Positions 12,475-26,141 of a DNA stretch of 64,000 bases are shown piece by piece. This DNA is from Parasitella parasitica NRRL 2501 (Eukaryota > Fungi > Mucoromycota), in NCBI GenBank assembly GCA_025201805.1, contig MU619298.1:107910-171909 (forward strand), read 5' to 3'. The translations under genes and the position numbers were made by a program. How positions within the stretch are numbered: the stretch's first letter is position 1; each line of letters begins with the position of its first letter. Under the pieces are notes generated by a model that saw only the letters and a list, made by a program, of their open reading frames with translations, ran no database searches and was not told the DNA's origin.

Positions 12475-13572
12475 TTAAGAATACCAATCTAGAAACAGCA
12501 GCACAAAGCAAGCTCCAAACAAAAAGATCAGCATAAAGTTGCGGCTGCCCTTGTTCCGCTCTCGAGCGCTGAAAAGCTGGCGGTTGCCCTGCTCCACCTT
12601 TTCCGTAGTCGCAATGGCGTCCGCATACAGCTTGTCCGTCTGAATGGTTTGGGCGGCCAAATGGTTGGTCAGTTGGCTCTGGAGGGTGGATATCTCAAGC
12701 AACGCCTTTTCTGCATTTTTTACTTGATTCAGGGTATTGTTTAGATCTTCAAGCATAGTCGAATTCTCCTTTTCGAGCATCTGGATCTGTTCTTGTGATA
12801 GAGCCTGCTCAAATGGGTTTTCATCTAATTGCTGTGTTTGTTCATGCTGCTGCTGCTGCTGCTGTGCTTGGGAATTGTACACTGGCGGCTGCACATACAT
12901 GGATTTCGACAACTGATTCTCGCTCTTTTCAATCTCTCGAGCGAGTCTGATTTCCTGCTGGTCTTTCTGGATTTGCGACACTTGCATTAGCTGCTGGTTC
13001 AAGAACCATGTCATGCTACTGCGATGCACAAAGAGCACATCCTCTGTCATACCGCTAACTGTGCTACTGCCGCCGCCGTTCGCAGCAGCGCCTATAGCGC
13101 CCAAAAAGTGTGCGAATCGACTCGCTGGCTTCGACGCTTCAGCAGCTTTCCGAATCTTCTCGGCTTCCTCCAATTCCGTAATGCGGTCGATACATCTGCG
13201 GATGATGAGTTTTGCTTGAAAGTCAATTTCGTCGCGCTCTCTGTCTGTTAAGCCCTGCATCATGTTGCCAGGAGACGACGAAAAGATCTTGAATAGAGAA
13301 TCGGCGGTGTCGTCCAAAGAGGACGGACCGGCCTGCGTAGCATTTGAACGGCCATGCAATGGCTGGCTTTTGCTCGTACTGAGGTAGGCAGGTCGAATCG
13401 TTATTAGAAATCGCTGCAGACTGGTAATGTGTTTGTAGATGCGATAGGCTTCTTTTGTAAACAAGTCGTAAGAGGATTCGTCCTGAATTTTTTCTTGGCG
13501 CTGCGGTTTTCGGATAACTGTCGCTGATTTGGCTTCGACGAGATGTCGAAAATCAATGGTTCGGTTGAGCAT
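12475..13572 (-). CDS. UFE1: ER Qa-SNARE Ufe1/syntaxin-18
   Basis: N-terminal NRTIDF...FTKEAYRI, LTDRERDEID, SNARE coil (EISTLQSQL...EQGNRQL) and C-terminal TM helix ending LLFLDWYS. Confidence 0.9.
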   Translation of the reverse strand: MLNRTIDFRHLVEAKSATVIRKPQRQEKIQDESSYDLFTKEAYRIYKHITSLQRFLITIRPAYLSTSKSQPLHGRSNATQAGPSSLDDTADSLFKIFSSSPGNMMQGLTDRERDEIDFQAKLIIRRCIDRITELEEAEKIRKAAEASKPASRFAHFLGAIGAAANGGGSSTVSGMTEDVLFVHRSSMTWFLNQQLMQVSQIQKDQQEIRLAREIEKSENQLSKSMYVQPPVYNSQAQQQQQQHEQTQQLDENPFEQALSQEQIQMLEKENSTMLEDLNNTLNQVKNAEKALLEISTLQSQLTNHLAAQTIQTDKLYADAIATTEKVEQGNRQLFSARERNKGSRNFMLIFLFGACFVLLFLDWYS

Positions 13573-14800
13573 TTGTCTTTGTTGTATAAAAGTTTAGAGT
13601 TGGAGGTTTGTATGCGTCAAAAAAAAAATCCCCCCCACCAAACTTACTAGTTGTCCCACTACGTCACAGAGAGCAAGACACAACTGCATGTTGCATTAAT
13701 ACCGTATCAGTGCGTGTAGTTAATCCACGGGAGCAAGGCCTTTGTCAACGGTTGTGAAGAGGGTAACATCAGGGCTATAATTGCAACCTACAGACTACTA
13801 AAATCACATCACGCGAAATCCTCGCAAACAAAGTGTATTACGCTGACAAGGTTCCGTAGGGTTTGGAGACTTTGCGAGGAGGGATTGGACAAAGTTACGG
13901 GCTTACATATGATACATATTGACAAAAACAGGCGTAAAAAGTACCGTATTGCAGGTTTTTAATTAGAGCTTCAATTACAGATATTACAGGTTTTATCCAG
14001 ACAAGTAAGGCTTAAAAGTGAACGTTTTCTTTTTAAAAAATGGGTAGAATCGTCCAATAGAGACAGAACCGTAACAGCCTAAAAAAAAAACGATCCATCA
14101 CACAGGTCAAGTCTTTATTATCAATAAATGATACATCCCTGTTTCCGAAAAAGATGCTCACAATATTGAATGGCATACATATTACCCTTTTTTTTTTTTA
14201 TTTGCTAACCTTTCATCTTAAATAAGTCGTTACATGCAAAACTAGTAAATGGTGAAAATGCATCCACATATTGTAGCACATTTAGTATGTGGTTAGACTG
14301 AACGATACTTTGATGAAAGGGCAATAATCATTTAATGATATACACTATTATTTCAAGCAAGCCTGTTTTCGAGCCAAAGAATCTCAAATTGGCAATTGAT
14401 CGCCCTGATATAAATGTCTCTCTTGAAAGTGGATCTGCTAGTGTGCATCTACAGACGCCTGTATAGTAATACACTGAAAACATGCTAAAAAAGAAATGCA
14501 TAAGCGCTGTGTCGCCAATGCTAACAACGACTCTATCTTGAAAAAAAAAATGGTAGTTGAGAAATTTTTCGTCATCACGTTGCTTTTAGTAGTAGCATTA
14601 GCCAAAAATGGCTCGTTCCAACTGACATACTTATACTTGATTGTCCTCGAGAATCTTGAATGAACCATTCTAGAGGATGATTTCTACACACAAAATGAAA
14701 CCATTCACACTTTGAATAGGTAATGCTGTGGCTAATCCTTTCTGCAAGTAACCTTGCTCCTTATCAATGTACTAGTCTCTTTGCTGGTTTTTCTTTATGC

Positions 14801-14811
14801 ANNNNNNNNNN
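14801..14811. other. Assembly gap (N run)
   Basis: Run of n. Confidence 0.99.
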
Positions 14812-14972
14812 AAAAAAAAAAAAAAAAAAAAAAAAAAAGACATGTGTACCTGACGAGCCACAAATATTAGAGTCAATGGATAAATCAAACGTTTGATCAG
14901 GTTTACCCGCTATACACAACTAAAAGAAATCCGTTCGAAAATGTATATTTATTTCATGTTTTGATGCAGCAT

Positions 14973-15380
14973 TCAAACATTGTCTTCTTGTGATTGCTGT
15001 CGACTTGGTGGAGCATATTTCTTCAGTAAATCAGATCGACGCTGCTCCCATGATGATTTATTTTCGGAATTGGCCGGAAAAGGTGTTGAGCAGCAAGGCG
15101 GTGGGGTTCTGTTCCATTGGTAATAGGTAGGTGTCTTTTTTAGATATGTGCCTAACAGTCTTTCATTCTCTTCTTCTAAATCATCGCATCCATATCCGTA
15201 ATAAAAATGTCTTTTACGGGTAGCTTTGCATACCATGATCGTTGCGATCAAGAGAATACAAGCAAACAGAATGCCTATAAAATATATTGTAGGAATCTGG
15301 AGCACTAATGGTATTTTACTGTTTTGAGTTTCATCATCAGACTAATACATAAACAAGAGACAGATTAAATATGTTACCAT
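14973..15380 (-). CDS. Small single-pass membrane protein, unknown function (start uncertain)
   Basis: ORF 14973-15305 has a hydrophobic helix (IYFIGILFACILLIATIMVC) followed by a basic KATRKR patch; possible upstream micro-exon near 15380. Confidence 0.55.
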
Positions 15381-15761
15381 AATGAGAGAATGATGCTGAT
15401 GATTTATCTTTTGAAATGGCAATCATGTTAACTAGCTGTGGAAAAAAAAAAAAAAAAAAAAGCGACCTTATTTTACCTATTTCCGGAACAGCCATTGTAT
15501 CCGTTGCCATGACAATAACAAATATGATTTTGTATCAAGAAAACAGAGAAAAAAAGAAATAAAAGAAGGTACGGATCACACAAATTAAATAGAAGGAGAC
15601 AAGAAAGGGGGGGATGATCACTGATTACATGTCAATTAGGTGACTTTTTTTGTTCCACCAAAGCTCAAATGTCAAGTCTTTGGTACTGTACCGTATGAGC
15701 GTTTTGGGATCCTCGTTTAATTACATTCATTTTTTTTTTTTTAACTATATCAATAAATCTA

Positions 15762-16737
15762 TTATTTCTTCTCTTCGCTTTCAATCTTCTTGGGTGTATC
15801 ATCACGACCGGGACCTAATTTTCCTATTTTAGTTGGGCAATTACCATACCAAATCAAGCATATTTACCATTTTGTTCCCAAGGTGAGAGTGCACCTTCAA
15901 AATTTCTAAAGGCTTGAGCCAATTCAACAGGCTCCGATACAACACGCTTCTTTTCTTCATCATAACGAACCTCGACATAGCCTGTAAGAGGGAAATCCTT
16001 TCTCAAGGGATGACCTTCGAAGCCATAGTCAGTCAAGATGCGTCTTAAATCGGGATGTCCTGTGAAGAAGACACCAAACATGTCGTAGGTTTCACGTTCC
16101 TGCCAGTTGGCACCGTTGAAAAGAGGGACTACGGAGGGAACAGGAGATGTTTCGCTGGCGTAGGTCTTTACACGGATACGTCCATTATATTTCATGCTCA
16201 ATAAATTGTAAACAACCTCAAAGCGGTTATCGCGGGTGGGGAAATCAGCACCTGTAACATCCATGATAGATTTGAATTGGGCGTTGGTGTGATCGCGCAA
16301 AAAGTGCATTACTTGATATACAGCTGTTGGTGCGCAATAAATGGTTAACTCGTCCTTATAAACGCTGAATTGTTGAACAAACTTGGGCAACACAGACATG
16401 AGGTATTTGCCGTATTCATGAAGGTCGTCGTTTCCAGACTTGAAGCTGGGATCGGCTGAAACCTGATTGTAACTCTTTTCTGATGCTAAAATGTCACTTG
16501 TTTAGTGGGTGCCTTCCCTTTTTGGCAGCAAGACTAAGTATGTTACCTTGTAATCTGACATTGGTGGTGGCAAAAGAACGTACACAATTTGCACGAGCTG
16601 CAGGCTTGGCTGTGAAAGACAATGAAACATACCAAATGTCAAAGTCTGTCTCCTGGCACACAATTTTGTTCATCCTTACCTGCTAAAAGTTGACGAGGGA
16701 GGCGCACCAATGTTGCATTAGCTAAACGGGAAGCCAT
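15762..16737 (-). CDS. NDUFS3: Mitochondrial complex I 30-kDa subunit (NDUFS3/NUO-30.4)
   Basis: [22 protein letters not shown] and [33 protein letters not shown] motifs; presequence exons from ATG at 16737. Confidence 0.95.
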
Positions 16738-17743
16738 TTGATTATTTAAAAAAAAAATAAAAAAAACAGAGTGGGGAGTGCTTTGGAACGCAAAAAAAAG
16801 AAAAAGAGAAAAAAGACAAATAGGGCCGTTGCTCTGATGCCCCGGATTTTCAATATCCCTCACTCCAGGAGAGGTGGTTTCTGTTTCCGTGACGTAGATG
16901 TTTTCCAACAAGTGCATCGATGACATCTAAACCCTCAATACTCTAGGAGCTATAGTGTATATGCCAATCATTAGTATATATGCATAGTGTTGCTAGCCAC
17001 AACAATACAGAAACCAAAGGCAAGGGCTTGAAGGTTGTAACTTTAGTGTCATGTATGTCCTGACTCTGTTTATTTCACACAGTTTGGCTAAACTGTACTA
17101 GGACAATAAAACATTTAGGCCCGATATCTTACAGACTCGAACGAGAAGATGAATCAGGACCGCTCTGATTTGATCAAACAGGCCACAAAAGTCTTAATTG
17201 AGGCTAACATGAGGCGAGCCAAGAATTTGTTTTTTACTCTTTCCTTATTAACTATCATAATGTCGTACGAATGAACCATCCTTCTGGCTTCAAATGTGCA
17301 CTGTTAAAATCACATTACGTTCCTAAAAAGCTCAATTTTTTCTTTCATCAAGGAATATAAACATACACACTGCATCAACTGTTTACATGGCTAAATTGTA
17401 CCTATTTTTTTATAAAAAAAAAGTTGCCAATACATGAATATAATTACATGTCAAGCAATAAATGGAAGAAGGCTGTGCGTAATTTGATATCCGCAGGTAC
17501 ATTTCAAGTCGAAGGAATCTAATTTAAGCACAATAAAAACTTTTTGCTCAGAAGAGTCCTCGTGCGAGGACGAGGCTATACGCCTGATAAGTGTCTCTAC
17601 GACAAGAAATATCTTCAGCCACATTGAAATACTGTATTTAGAAAAATACCAAATTGTTATAAAAATGGCTCAGCCCAAATCAAATTGACATTTCGTTTCT
17701 TTTTGATCACTTTCAATTTTTTATTTTCTTCATTAAATCTGCC

Positions 17744-19861
17744 ATGTCTTTGTTCCTCGCCAAGAAACTAGAAGATAACAACCAAAAGTAAGGTCCATAC
17801 CAACTCAAATACCTCTCAATGCTGACACATCATCCTTTGTTTATATAGAAAAGTCAGAGATTTGCTAAAATTGAAGGAAAACAAAAAGTGCTTTGACTGT
17901 CCAACAAAGGTAAATGCCATTATACCATTTCAAAGGGTCCTGTCCTGATTTATTATCGCTGTACATGTAGAGCCCAGCTTTTGTAAACACCACGATTCAA
18001 ACATTTATCTGCGCCAGATGCTCAGGATTAGTGTAAGTAACATGTACTCTTACTGGCTCGGTCTATATATAGGCGTTGCTGACATTTTCAATGTGCAACA
18101 TAGTCGTGAAGTTGGCCATCGAGTAAAAGCTATCTCAGCTAGCAAATTCTCAGGCCCTGAATTGATGGCCCTCAAGAAAGGCGGTAATGGCACTGCTCTC
18201 AAGATCTGGCTCAGCAATTACAACAGTCATGATGCTCTTGAGGCCGAGTCCGATGCTGATGTCCGTGCTTTTATGAAGCAAAAGTATTACGACTTCAAGT
18301 GGTTGGATAGAGCCTTGCTTCAGTCTCATGCTGAAGATGTTCGTGCTTTGATTGCCAAGTCTTTCACCGAAGACGGCCTTCCCATTGTAACCAAATCCAG
18401 AAGTCGCATCATCCCTGGTTTCTCTCGGATCCCACTGATCGGTGGCAGTGTGATGAATGTCATGCCCGGCGATGAAGACGAGGACTACATTGAGTCTTCT
18501 GCTATATATGACGAAAATGGGCCGTATGTTGTTCCTGAGCATTCGGTATCTCAGACTCTACCTCGTCCTCCTCAACAACCAATTACTTCCTTCCCAATGC
18601 CTCCTACAAGCCCTATTTGTAGATCGTCTATGGATAGCAACAACTCCTATTCATCCTCGTCTCAAGGCGGTTCTGTCTACAACTATCGCGAAAGCCAAGA
18701 AATGGTTAGAGACGACTTTCATAATGGCAATACTTCCAGTAACAGACATAATACCGAAGCCACATCGCAACCAGTAAATGGTGCAGCTCACGTTTTAACC
18801 AAGGAGCAAATTGCTGAGCGCTGTCGCAGCTCTATTGCCTCGAATACCTCAGCCGAATTGTGCCAACAGCAAGGTGCTCAACCTTCACCTGTAGTTTCGG
18901 TTACTAAAAAGCCATTGCCTACATTGGCCCTTGGTGTAAACAACAATGCTAATGATTTGGCCTCTAAACAACCTTCACATTACCAATTGAACGTAGGGCT
19001 TGTATTCAGCTGTTTCATGAGGGCAAAAAAAAAATACTAACTCGTTTTCGTCGAAATAGACTCCCACAGTAGGCGGTTTTGGTGGTAGCATTCAGTCGCC
19101 ATGTAAGTATCAATGTTGTATAAATCTTTTTTTTTTCTCAAATCAACTAAACCTTAGTGGACTCAGCTGCTCGTCAACAGCATGAGAATCATGTACCATC
19201 AGCCTCAGCCTCACTTCGTGTAACGCCTAGTGCTTCAAATCCCATAATAAAACCGTCAAGACCCCCAACTGCAGCAACCTCTGCGTTTGATAGCATCCTT
19301 TCAGATTTAGCAGGCCTCAAAATTGAAAAGACTGTCCGTAGAGCCACCTATACCGGCGGTGTGCTTTCTCCTGCAGCCGTTGGCGCTGGTCCATTGGAGC
19401 CATCTAAATCGTTGCCTCGCGCTGAAAAGAGTGAGCCTCCCTCTTCCATGTTCAGTGGTGATTTCTTTGCTCAATTAAACAAATCAGCTGCAGCCGAAAA
19501 CAAGAGTTCTGAAGATGACCCTTACGCTGCTTTGAGAGATATCTGCACGCCTGTTGTAGCTGTTGCTACTAATGCCCTGAAAGATGAGGATAAGAATGCT
19601 TTTTCGTCCGAAGACGATGATGATGAAGAGGACCCATGGCAAGGTAATTCGTAGACAAACACCCACAAGCAACACTGCCATACTAACTAATCTACTGCAG
19701 AATTTTGCTCTTCCTCCTCCAGTGATGGAAATGAGGATAGCTTTTTGGAACCTCAACAAGTCTTCCAGTCTGTTTTGGAAGAGTCTAAACCCGTGGATAA
19801 CATGATTTCTGTTGATCTGTTTAGCGATTTAGACCCTCGCTCCATGTTCAAACGCTTTTGA
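17744..19861 (+). CDS. ArfGAP-domain protein (AGFG-like), multi-exon
   Basis: Spliced zinc finger ENKKCFDC...TFICARCSGL..EVGHRVKAISASKF...LKKGGN; low-complexity tail with DPY/DPW/DLF motifs. Confidence 0.85.
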
Positions 19862-20302
19862 GTTGTTTCATCTTGGTAAAACTCGAAAGAAAAAAATCAA
19901 ATAATATATATTCCCCATTCTTTAAACGTTGGATGTGTACATTCTTCCTCTCCCTCCATCATAACGCATCTTTATGATGCTCATTATCGTATTTATAGCT
20001 TCACAATATCATTTATACTTATCAATAAAGTTAAATCTCGTAGTAAAATGTATGTGCAGTATTCTTGATTTCTAAAAATACATGAGTTTGACGTTTGAAT
20101 GAGCTTCTAACATATGTTTGAGCGTGCTTGGCATCACTAACTCTTTTTTTTTTTTTTTCTCTAAAAGAAAAAAGGAAACCCCCACCCCACTCTTTACAAC
20201 GATTAATTGCATAGTTTGATCAAGTTTATCCAGAAAACAAAACCGCAGAACCATAAGTATATATAAACCATAAAATAGCAGACTTCGTAGCGTCCATCGA
20301 TG

Positions 20303-21929
20303 TCAAGGTGCACTGATGGCTTTATCCTCCAATTCTTTCAAAAGCGACGATTGATGCGATGAGTCATATTGACCCAGAATAGGTGGCAGCTTGATTTTGG
20401 GCGTGTGTTGTGAGGAAGCTTGTTGACGGTGTTGGCTCAAACTCTTTTCCTTCATTTCTTGCTGCTGAGTTATAAGTCTCTGATGCATCTGTAGCTGTTC
20501 CTGAAGTAGCAAGAGCTGTTTCTGCTGCGTTTTATGAGCCAATAATGCATTTCTAGCATTCGTGGGCAACCCCTTCATCAGATGATTGTTGTTGTTATTG
20601 TTCGATGTTGTCGTCGGAGCAGTAGCAGCACTGATGCTGTCACTCATATTGCTCGCACTGCTATAAATACTACTGTTGTTCTCTAGCAATGGTGATAGAG
20701 GTTTGGCAAACTGTGTCTCAGACAACGATGTGTTGACGATGTTTAGTGGTATCTTATTGATCTGGGAGGGAGGAGGAGTGTTGGGTGGGCTGTAGGATAT
20801 ATGCTTAATGGGATAGAATGCGTTTGAATGGAGATGTTGTGGTTGTGATGAGGGGGGAGAAGTAGACGCTTCCTTTAGGTGCTGCTGTGTGTAGTTACTG
20901 CCAGTCATACGACCTTCGACTTTCACTCGCAACTCAAGGGACCCCACTTTATCTCGTAAATATTTGTTTCTCTTTTCCAAATAGCGGATAAAATCAACTG
21001 CTTTGAACAAAACAGCACTTTTCGAGTTGTTTATGTTCTTGAGAGTGGGAACCAGGTCAGTGAGATCCTTGAAGCCATTCCGAATTGTCCCTCGTCTTTT
21101 CTGCTCAGAAGCAATGTGATTTGCTCTCTTTTCTTCTTCAGTGAGCAGTTCCTTTGTAGACCTGGACTTTTTATTTTTTCTAGAGCAAGACAACGGTACA
21201 CTTTCCACAGTAGTAGGGGGTGATCTCTTCTTAGATGGTTGCTGTTGGTTGTAGAATTTGTATAGGGAACTGCTGGTGGCATCACTTGGCTGAAGACGAA
21301 TTGCTTGCAACTGATTAGCATCGTCTGATGTAGAGGTCACGATGCCTTTGCTGGTCTCGCTGGATGATGAAGGATCAATCATCAGGTCTGCTGCGTTTAT
21401 TGTTACTCTGCTGTTTGTTGGTGGGAAGGATGCAATAAGATTAAGCGTCTGGTGCAATTTCTTTTGCTCGTCCAACGACTGTAAAATGGAGCTGCGTCTG
21501 ATTTCGTCTTCTTTTTCTTGACTACTGCCATCATTCAGGTCAGGTTGCATATCTGGATCAAGAAAAAATGCATCCAGAAAGCTTGAAAAGGTCCTCTGAT
21601 CATTTTCATCCAAAACTGTAGTATTTGCTGCAAAATTAAATGGCTCCTGCTCCAGGAGCAAGGGATCTAAGGACATTGGTTCGTTGGTACTGATCTTCGG
21701 TGGTGGGAAATCCCCAATATTTGGTGTAGCATTGGTGTCCGGATTTATACCGAAGCTAAATTCGAAGTCTGTTTTATATTATTATCATATGAAGATTAGT
21801 GTTGTCTACTGAAATTTCCATACCTTCGAAAGGAACAGGCTCTTGCAAGAGTTCGTTACCATAGTTACTTGAACTATTGGAATCGTTAAACAGCCAAGAT
21901 TCGTCGCTGAATGATAAATTGAAGTTCAT
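20303..21929 (-). CDS. bHLH-leucine zipper transcription factor (Mlx/Ino2/Ino4-like)
   Basis: EKRANHIASEQKRRGTIRNGFKDLTDLVPTL...SKSAVLFKAVDFIRYLEKRN; a short first exon from ATG at 21929. Confidence 0.88.
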
Positions 21930-23187
21930 ATATTTTTCCAAAAAAAAAAAAAAATTAAAAGAGAATAGAATGCAAAAAGAAAGAAAAAAAAAAGAAAGTA
22001 TGGAGAAAGTAAAAGAAAGGAATGAAAAACCCCAAGAGCTTTATAGTTAAAATCTGAGGGTTTACATTAATAACAAATTGGAATCACAAAGACAACAACA
22101 ATACAACTTTATGCTATACAACTACATACATGGCATCAAAAGACTCTGCTGTAATGCACCTACACCACGCACCCTACAGGCTCATGCTATAAAAATCCTT
22201 CTACATGTGTACTGACAGCAATTTCAATACAATCACCCATCAATACATGTTTCCTTCACAAGCTTTTCTAATACGCGCACCACGTTATTTTCTCCACATC
22301 TTTTTGAACGTTGCACAAATCGACATTATCACATGTGGAAACACTGATTTTCTCCTTAAATGGATTCATTTGGTTTACAAGTTGCGTTCAAAGCAAATAA
22401 AGAAATAGTCATTTATTTACAATCGAGATGCTAGTGGCTCTAATTATTGAAATAACATTGTACAGGTATGTGTAGAGCAACAGCCTCAATTATCACCAAT
22501 AGATTCACTCCCACGGCTGTAAGGAACACAGAGCCATCTGCAACGTAATATGCTCTTGCATTCCCATGTTTCACCGGTGGGTTGGACGGACAGACATCCT
22601 TGGTAAGGTGCTCATACGACTACTGGAACATTAACGTATCTTGTGTTTGTGGTACATTCCATAGCGTTTTTACATACGTCATGACATTAGTTGGTGGAGA
22701 TGTACAAATGGTGTAGAGACACAGCGCAGATATCTGATTTTCTTGCTTTCTCTAGCCCTCTGCTGAATCTTTAGCTATTTGCACTGGGTATCTCGTCTTG
22801 CTTGAATGCAAAGTTTTTTAGTGTTGATTTGGCTGATGTGTAGCCTACAGGCTCCTGTAAGCGGCTAGAATTTTCATATTTACGCCCGATATATACCGTC
22901 AGCGATTTAACGTTATGTTGTGACAGAGTATGCTTATATCATATACAGAAGTCTCATTCGGATCCATCAAAGCGAGCAAAGCGCCATAAAGTGATTTATC
23001 TCCAGCAAATGGGAAAGGAGGCGGCTGATTTACGTTTCAGCATTAGTTGTTTGTGGTTAGCTGCCCCTAAACCATGGGACTTTGCTTGCAAAGACGCCGA
23101 GCAGCGAAACTATCTCGTCAATCTTAGCACCCTAGCAATCTTGCTTGGCAATTATCCGAGGCATTGTACACTCTAGGCATGTGTAGG

Positions 23188-23282
23188 TATTTTTTGCACA
23201 TAACTTTTGATAGATACATTGCCCATTGGAAACCAAGTTATGCTCCGATAGCGATGATCATGCCTGATTTAAATAAAGTGTA
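23188..23282 (+). repeat. Solo copy of the 2.6-3.6 kb repeat unit
   Basis: TTTTTGCACATAACTTTTGATAGATACATTGCCCATTGGAAACCAAGTTATGCTCCGATAGCGATGATCATGCCTGATTTAA aligns with 2625-2706 and 2957-3040. Confidence 0.8.
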
Positions 23283-23819
23283 AATGAATGTACCTGATAT
23301 ATGAATTCTGAAGCAGAACATCAATATATAAAATCGTTATTGCCAACAATGCTTGAAAAATATTTGCCCCGCATTTTTTATCATCTTTGATCGTTATCTT
23401 GATATCTTTTAATAATGGACTTTGTTCAGTTTCTTATTCTCATCACGTACAACATCGTGTTCAGGGAACTCAACGAATCTTGTATTTTATAACTAGAGAC
23501 CCTGTTGAGCAGGAATTACGTTTTGAGGAGCCCTAATACATTCAAGCAAAAGGTAAATATGCTGTGCCAGATATCTCTGCCTTCTTTTGTAGGAAGGTTG
23601 CATTCATGTCCCAAATTTGGCTGATGATCAAATCCTTGTAACAAAAAAAAAAAAAAAAAACTCTGCCAGATAGTAAATGTTTACATGTAATCCATATTCA
23701 TCCAGTTTTCTTGACAGTACAACATTAAATATGGGTTAACAATTGATTTGTTTCATCCAGAAAGCATCATTCAGGATGGTTTATTATAGTCTTCTTGAAA
23801 CACCTATATCTACCACGTT

Positions 23820-24984
23820 TCATTGCGCATCAATATCGCTGTGGATCCAAGATCCAACTTTTTCAACCATGTAGTCAACATGTTTTGACTCCAAGCAAAA
23901 TGCATGTGGGATATTTTCGGGGCAGAGGTGTATCTTGCCTAAATGCAGCACAGATCAGTCTTATTTTTTTTCCAATTTCTTCTACAATACTAATTCAATT
24001 TATGTATGGTTTACCTTCTGGAAAGTGCTTTGTCATATAGTCATAATGATCTTTAGGTGCCCATTTGTCATTAGCAGAATAATACATGATGAATTTGTTC
24101 AGATGCTGTGTATAGAAATCGTGGTCTAATTCTTTAACTGTCTCCATCTCAAAACGAGCCATGGTAACGACATTCTTCAATACATGATTATGAAGTAGCT
24201 GATGAGCAGTTACTTGCAGCCCTTCGCCATCCTGTCCAGTAGCTGTTTTTACAAGAAATTGCCGAACAGGAGGTGCTAGAAATGACATGATGGACCCTGC
24301 GATGCCAAACGCAAAAGCTGGTACTTTATTCACTAAATGCTATGATAATAAATAGATATGTCAATGATGATGATTTGTCTATCCGATTGCGCTAAAAAGC
24401 CTCTGAACTTACATTAATATTGACACCGTTTGGTGTGATGGCAATCTCACGAAGTGTCGGAAATAGAGCAATCACCTTTGTAATTCCATGGTTTGGCCTC
24501 TTTTTCAAAACTGCAGCAGCAATGTACGAGCCGATTGAATGGGCCATTAAAATAAATGTAGTATCAGGCCCATTTTCTCTTCTAAGAGCGTCTAGGCAGT
24601 CCACTTTGTGTTGGATTTGGTCTTCTAGAGAATACAATGTGTTGTCTCTAGCATTATTTTCGTGATAATTGGTTGAATGTCCCTTGTGAGAGACTATTAG
24701 AGTTGGATAAATGTATCGAGTTAAAACAGTTCTGTGGAATTCCGTCTATTATGTAGCATCATACCTCCGATAATTTCAAATGATGGCGAATTAATCTTGG
24801 AATAGACCCCTTGAAGAAAGCTAGTGTAATACTCAATGAGGCCTGGGTTACCAGGTATGAACATTAAAATGGTTTTGGCTTTAGCGCTTGCCGGCCATAA
24901 TAGAGTCTCGGTTTGGTAATCTGATACTTCCCAAACCGCACGTAGAGGCGAGTATTTAAGCGAGTCCTTCATCAATGCTTGCAT
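23820..24984 (-). CDS. Lipid-droplet-associated alpha/beta hydrolase (LDAH/YPR147C-like)
   Basis: FIPGNPGLIEYY, YSLEDQIQHK, AHSIGSY nucleophile elbow, LFPTL, YSANDKWAP and a last exon containing IPHAFCL. Confidence 0.9.
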
Positions 24985-26026
24985 GGAAATGAACGACTAA
25001 AAAGATCCTTTTTTTTTTTTTTTCCCTCGAATTCTCAATCAAGCTGAGGTCAGATATTGGAGATTGAAACCGGTGATACATAACCCGGACGTTCGACGTT
25101 TAAATGTGGAGGCAATACAGAGGTGAGAAGCATCACTCCCTTTAATTCATTAAAGCGAATGCTAAATCACGCTGGTGTATTATGATCTTTGCATGGTATA
25201 AATTTCTGACATTTCTCTTTGGCATGATATGGTAATTTGGACTTGAAGCCTAGCGTTTAAACAAAAATCAACACATTGTTTCAGGGGGGTATCAAGTAAC
25301 CTCACATATATTATAGTATATCAACTGGTATTATAACACTTGATTTCAACAATAATTCATGTATACAGATATCTTTTGCAACACTATAGTGTAATAATCC
25401 TGTGTATTTTTTCGCAGGAAAAAGGTACAGCAAGTGTAGGAAACGTAGTAATAGATCAAGTGGTAAACAGGGAAGTAATCTGTACATATTTGTATGCAAC
25501 CGAATGATCCGCACGTTTATGATAATTCATCTTTGGCTTACAAACAAAAGCATTTAGAGCAATTGTAGATATCGTGTCATTATCAAGTTTTTGTTATATA
25601 GGTATGATAAGTCATGACTCTGCCAAAGTGTTACAAACGAAAAGTCATGGTGGGTACACATACAGAGTCTGTGCGTTGCCAGCTACCTGTATGTGAAAAT
25701 CGGTTGCCATCAATACAAGTTCAAGTCATGTCGTCCCCCTCTGACAATAAAGAGGGGGCTCAAGTATGTATTTGTATGGCTTAAATAGCTACCGTAGAGC
25801 TATAAAGTAATGATCGAACATTGATGTCCAATGAAGGTTGAATTCTTTATCATCGGTTATTTTCGCGGTATAGATCATGCGATCGAATGAGTAAATAGGA
25901 GAGGGCTCTTTTTATGGGCAATGTATCTATTTTCTAATGTATATATATATACACAACAACAGCAGATGTTAACGCCTGATAAAAAAGACCATAGTAGATC
26001 CCCTATTCTACTACCCTTTTTTTTTC

Positions 26027-26034
26027 ACGCGCGT
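26027..26034. promoter_or_regulatory. MCB-like cell-cycle element (ACGCGCGT) upstream of the Whi5/Nrm1-like gene
   Basis: Palindromic ACGCG cores ~110 bp upstream of ATG 26142; further CGCGAAA-type sites at ~25861 and ~26262. Confidence 0.45.
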
Positions 26035-26141
26035 CATTATCCAAATTAAGATACAAACTCTTTTTAACCTTTATATAAAATCTCATCTTTTTCCTACTTT
26101 CTTTATTTCTTTCCCTTTACTCACTCCTTCTCTTTTTCATC

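Noticed and set aside
22450-22850. Possible zinc-knuckle (LINE ORF1/gag) relic on the minus strand
   Set aside because: Only a faint EHLTKD.CP-like pattern amid many stops; too decayed to call.
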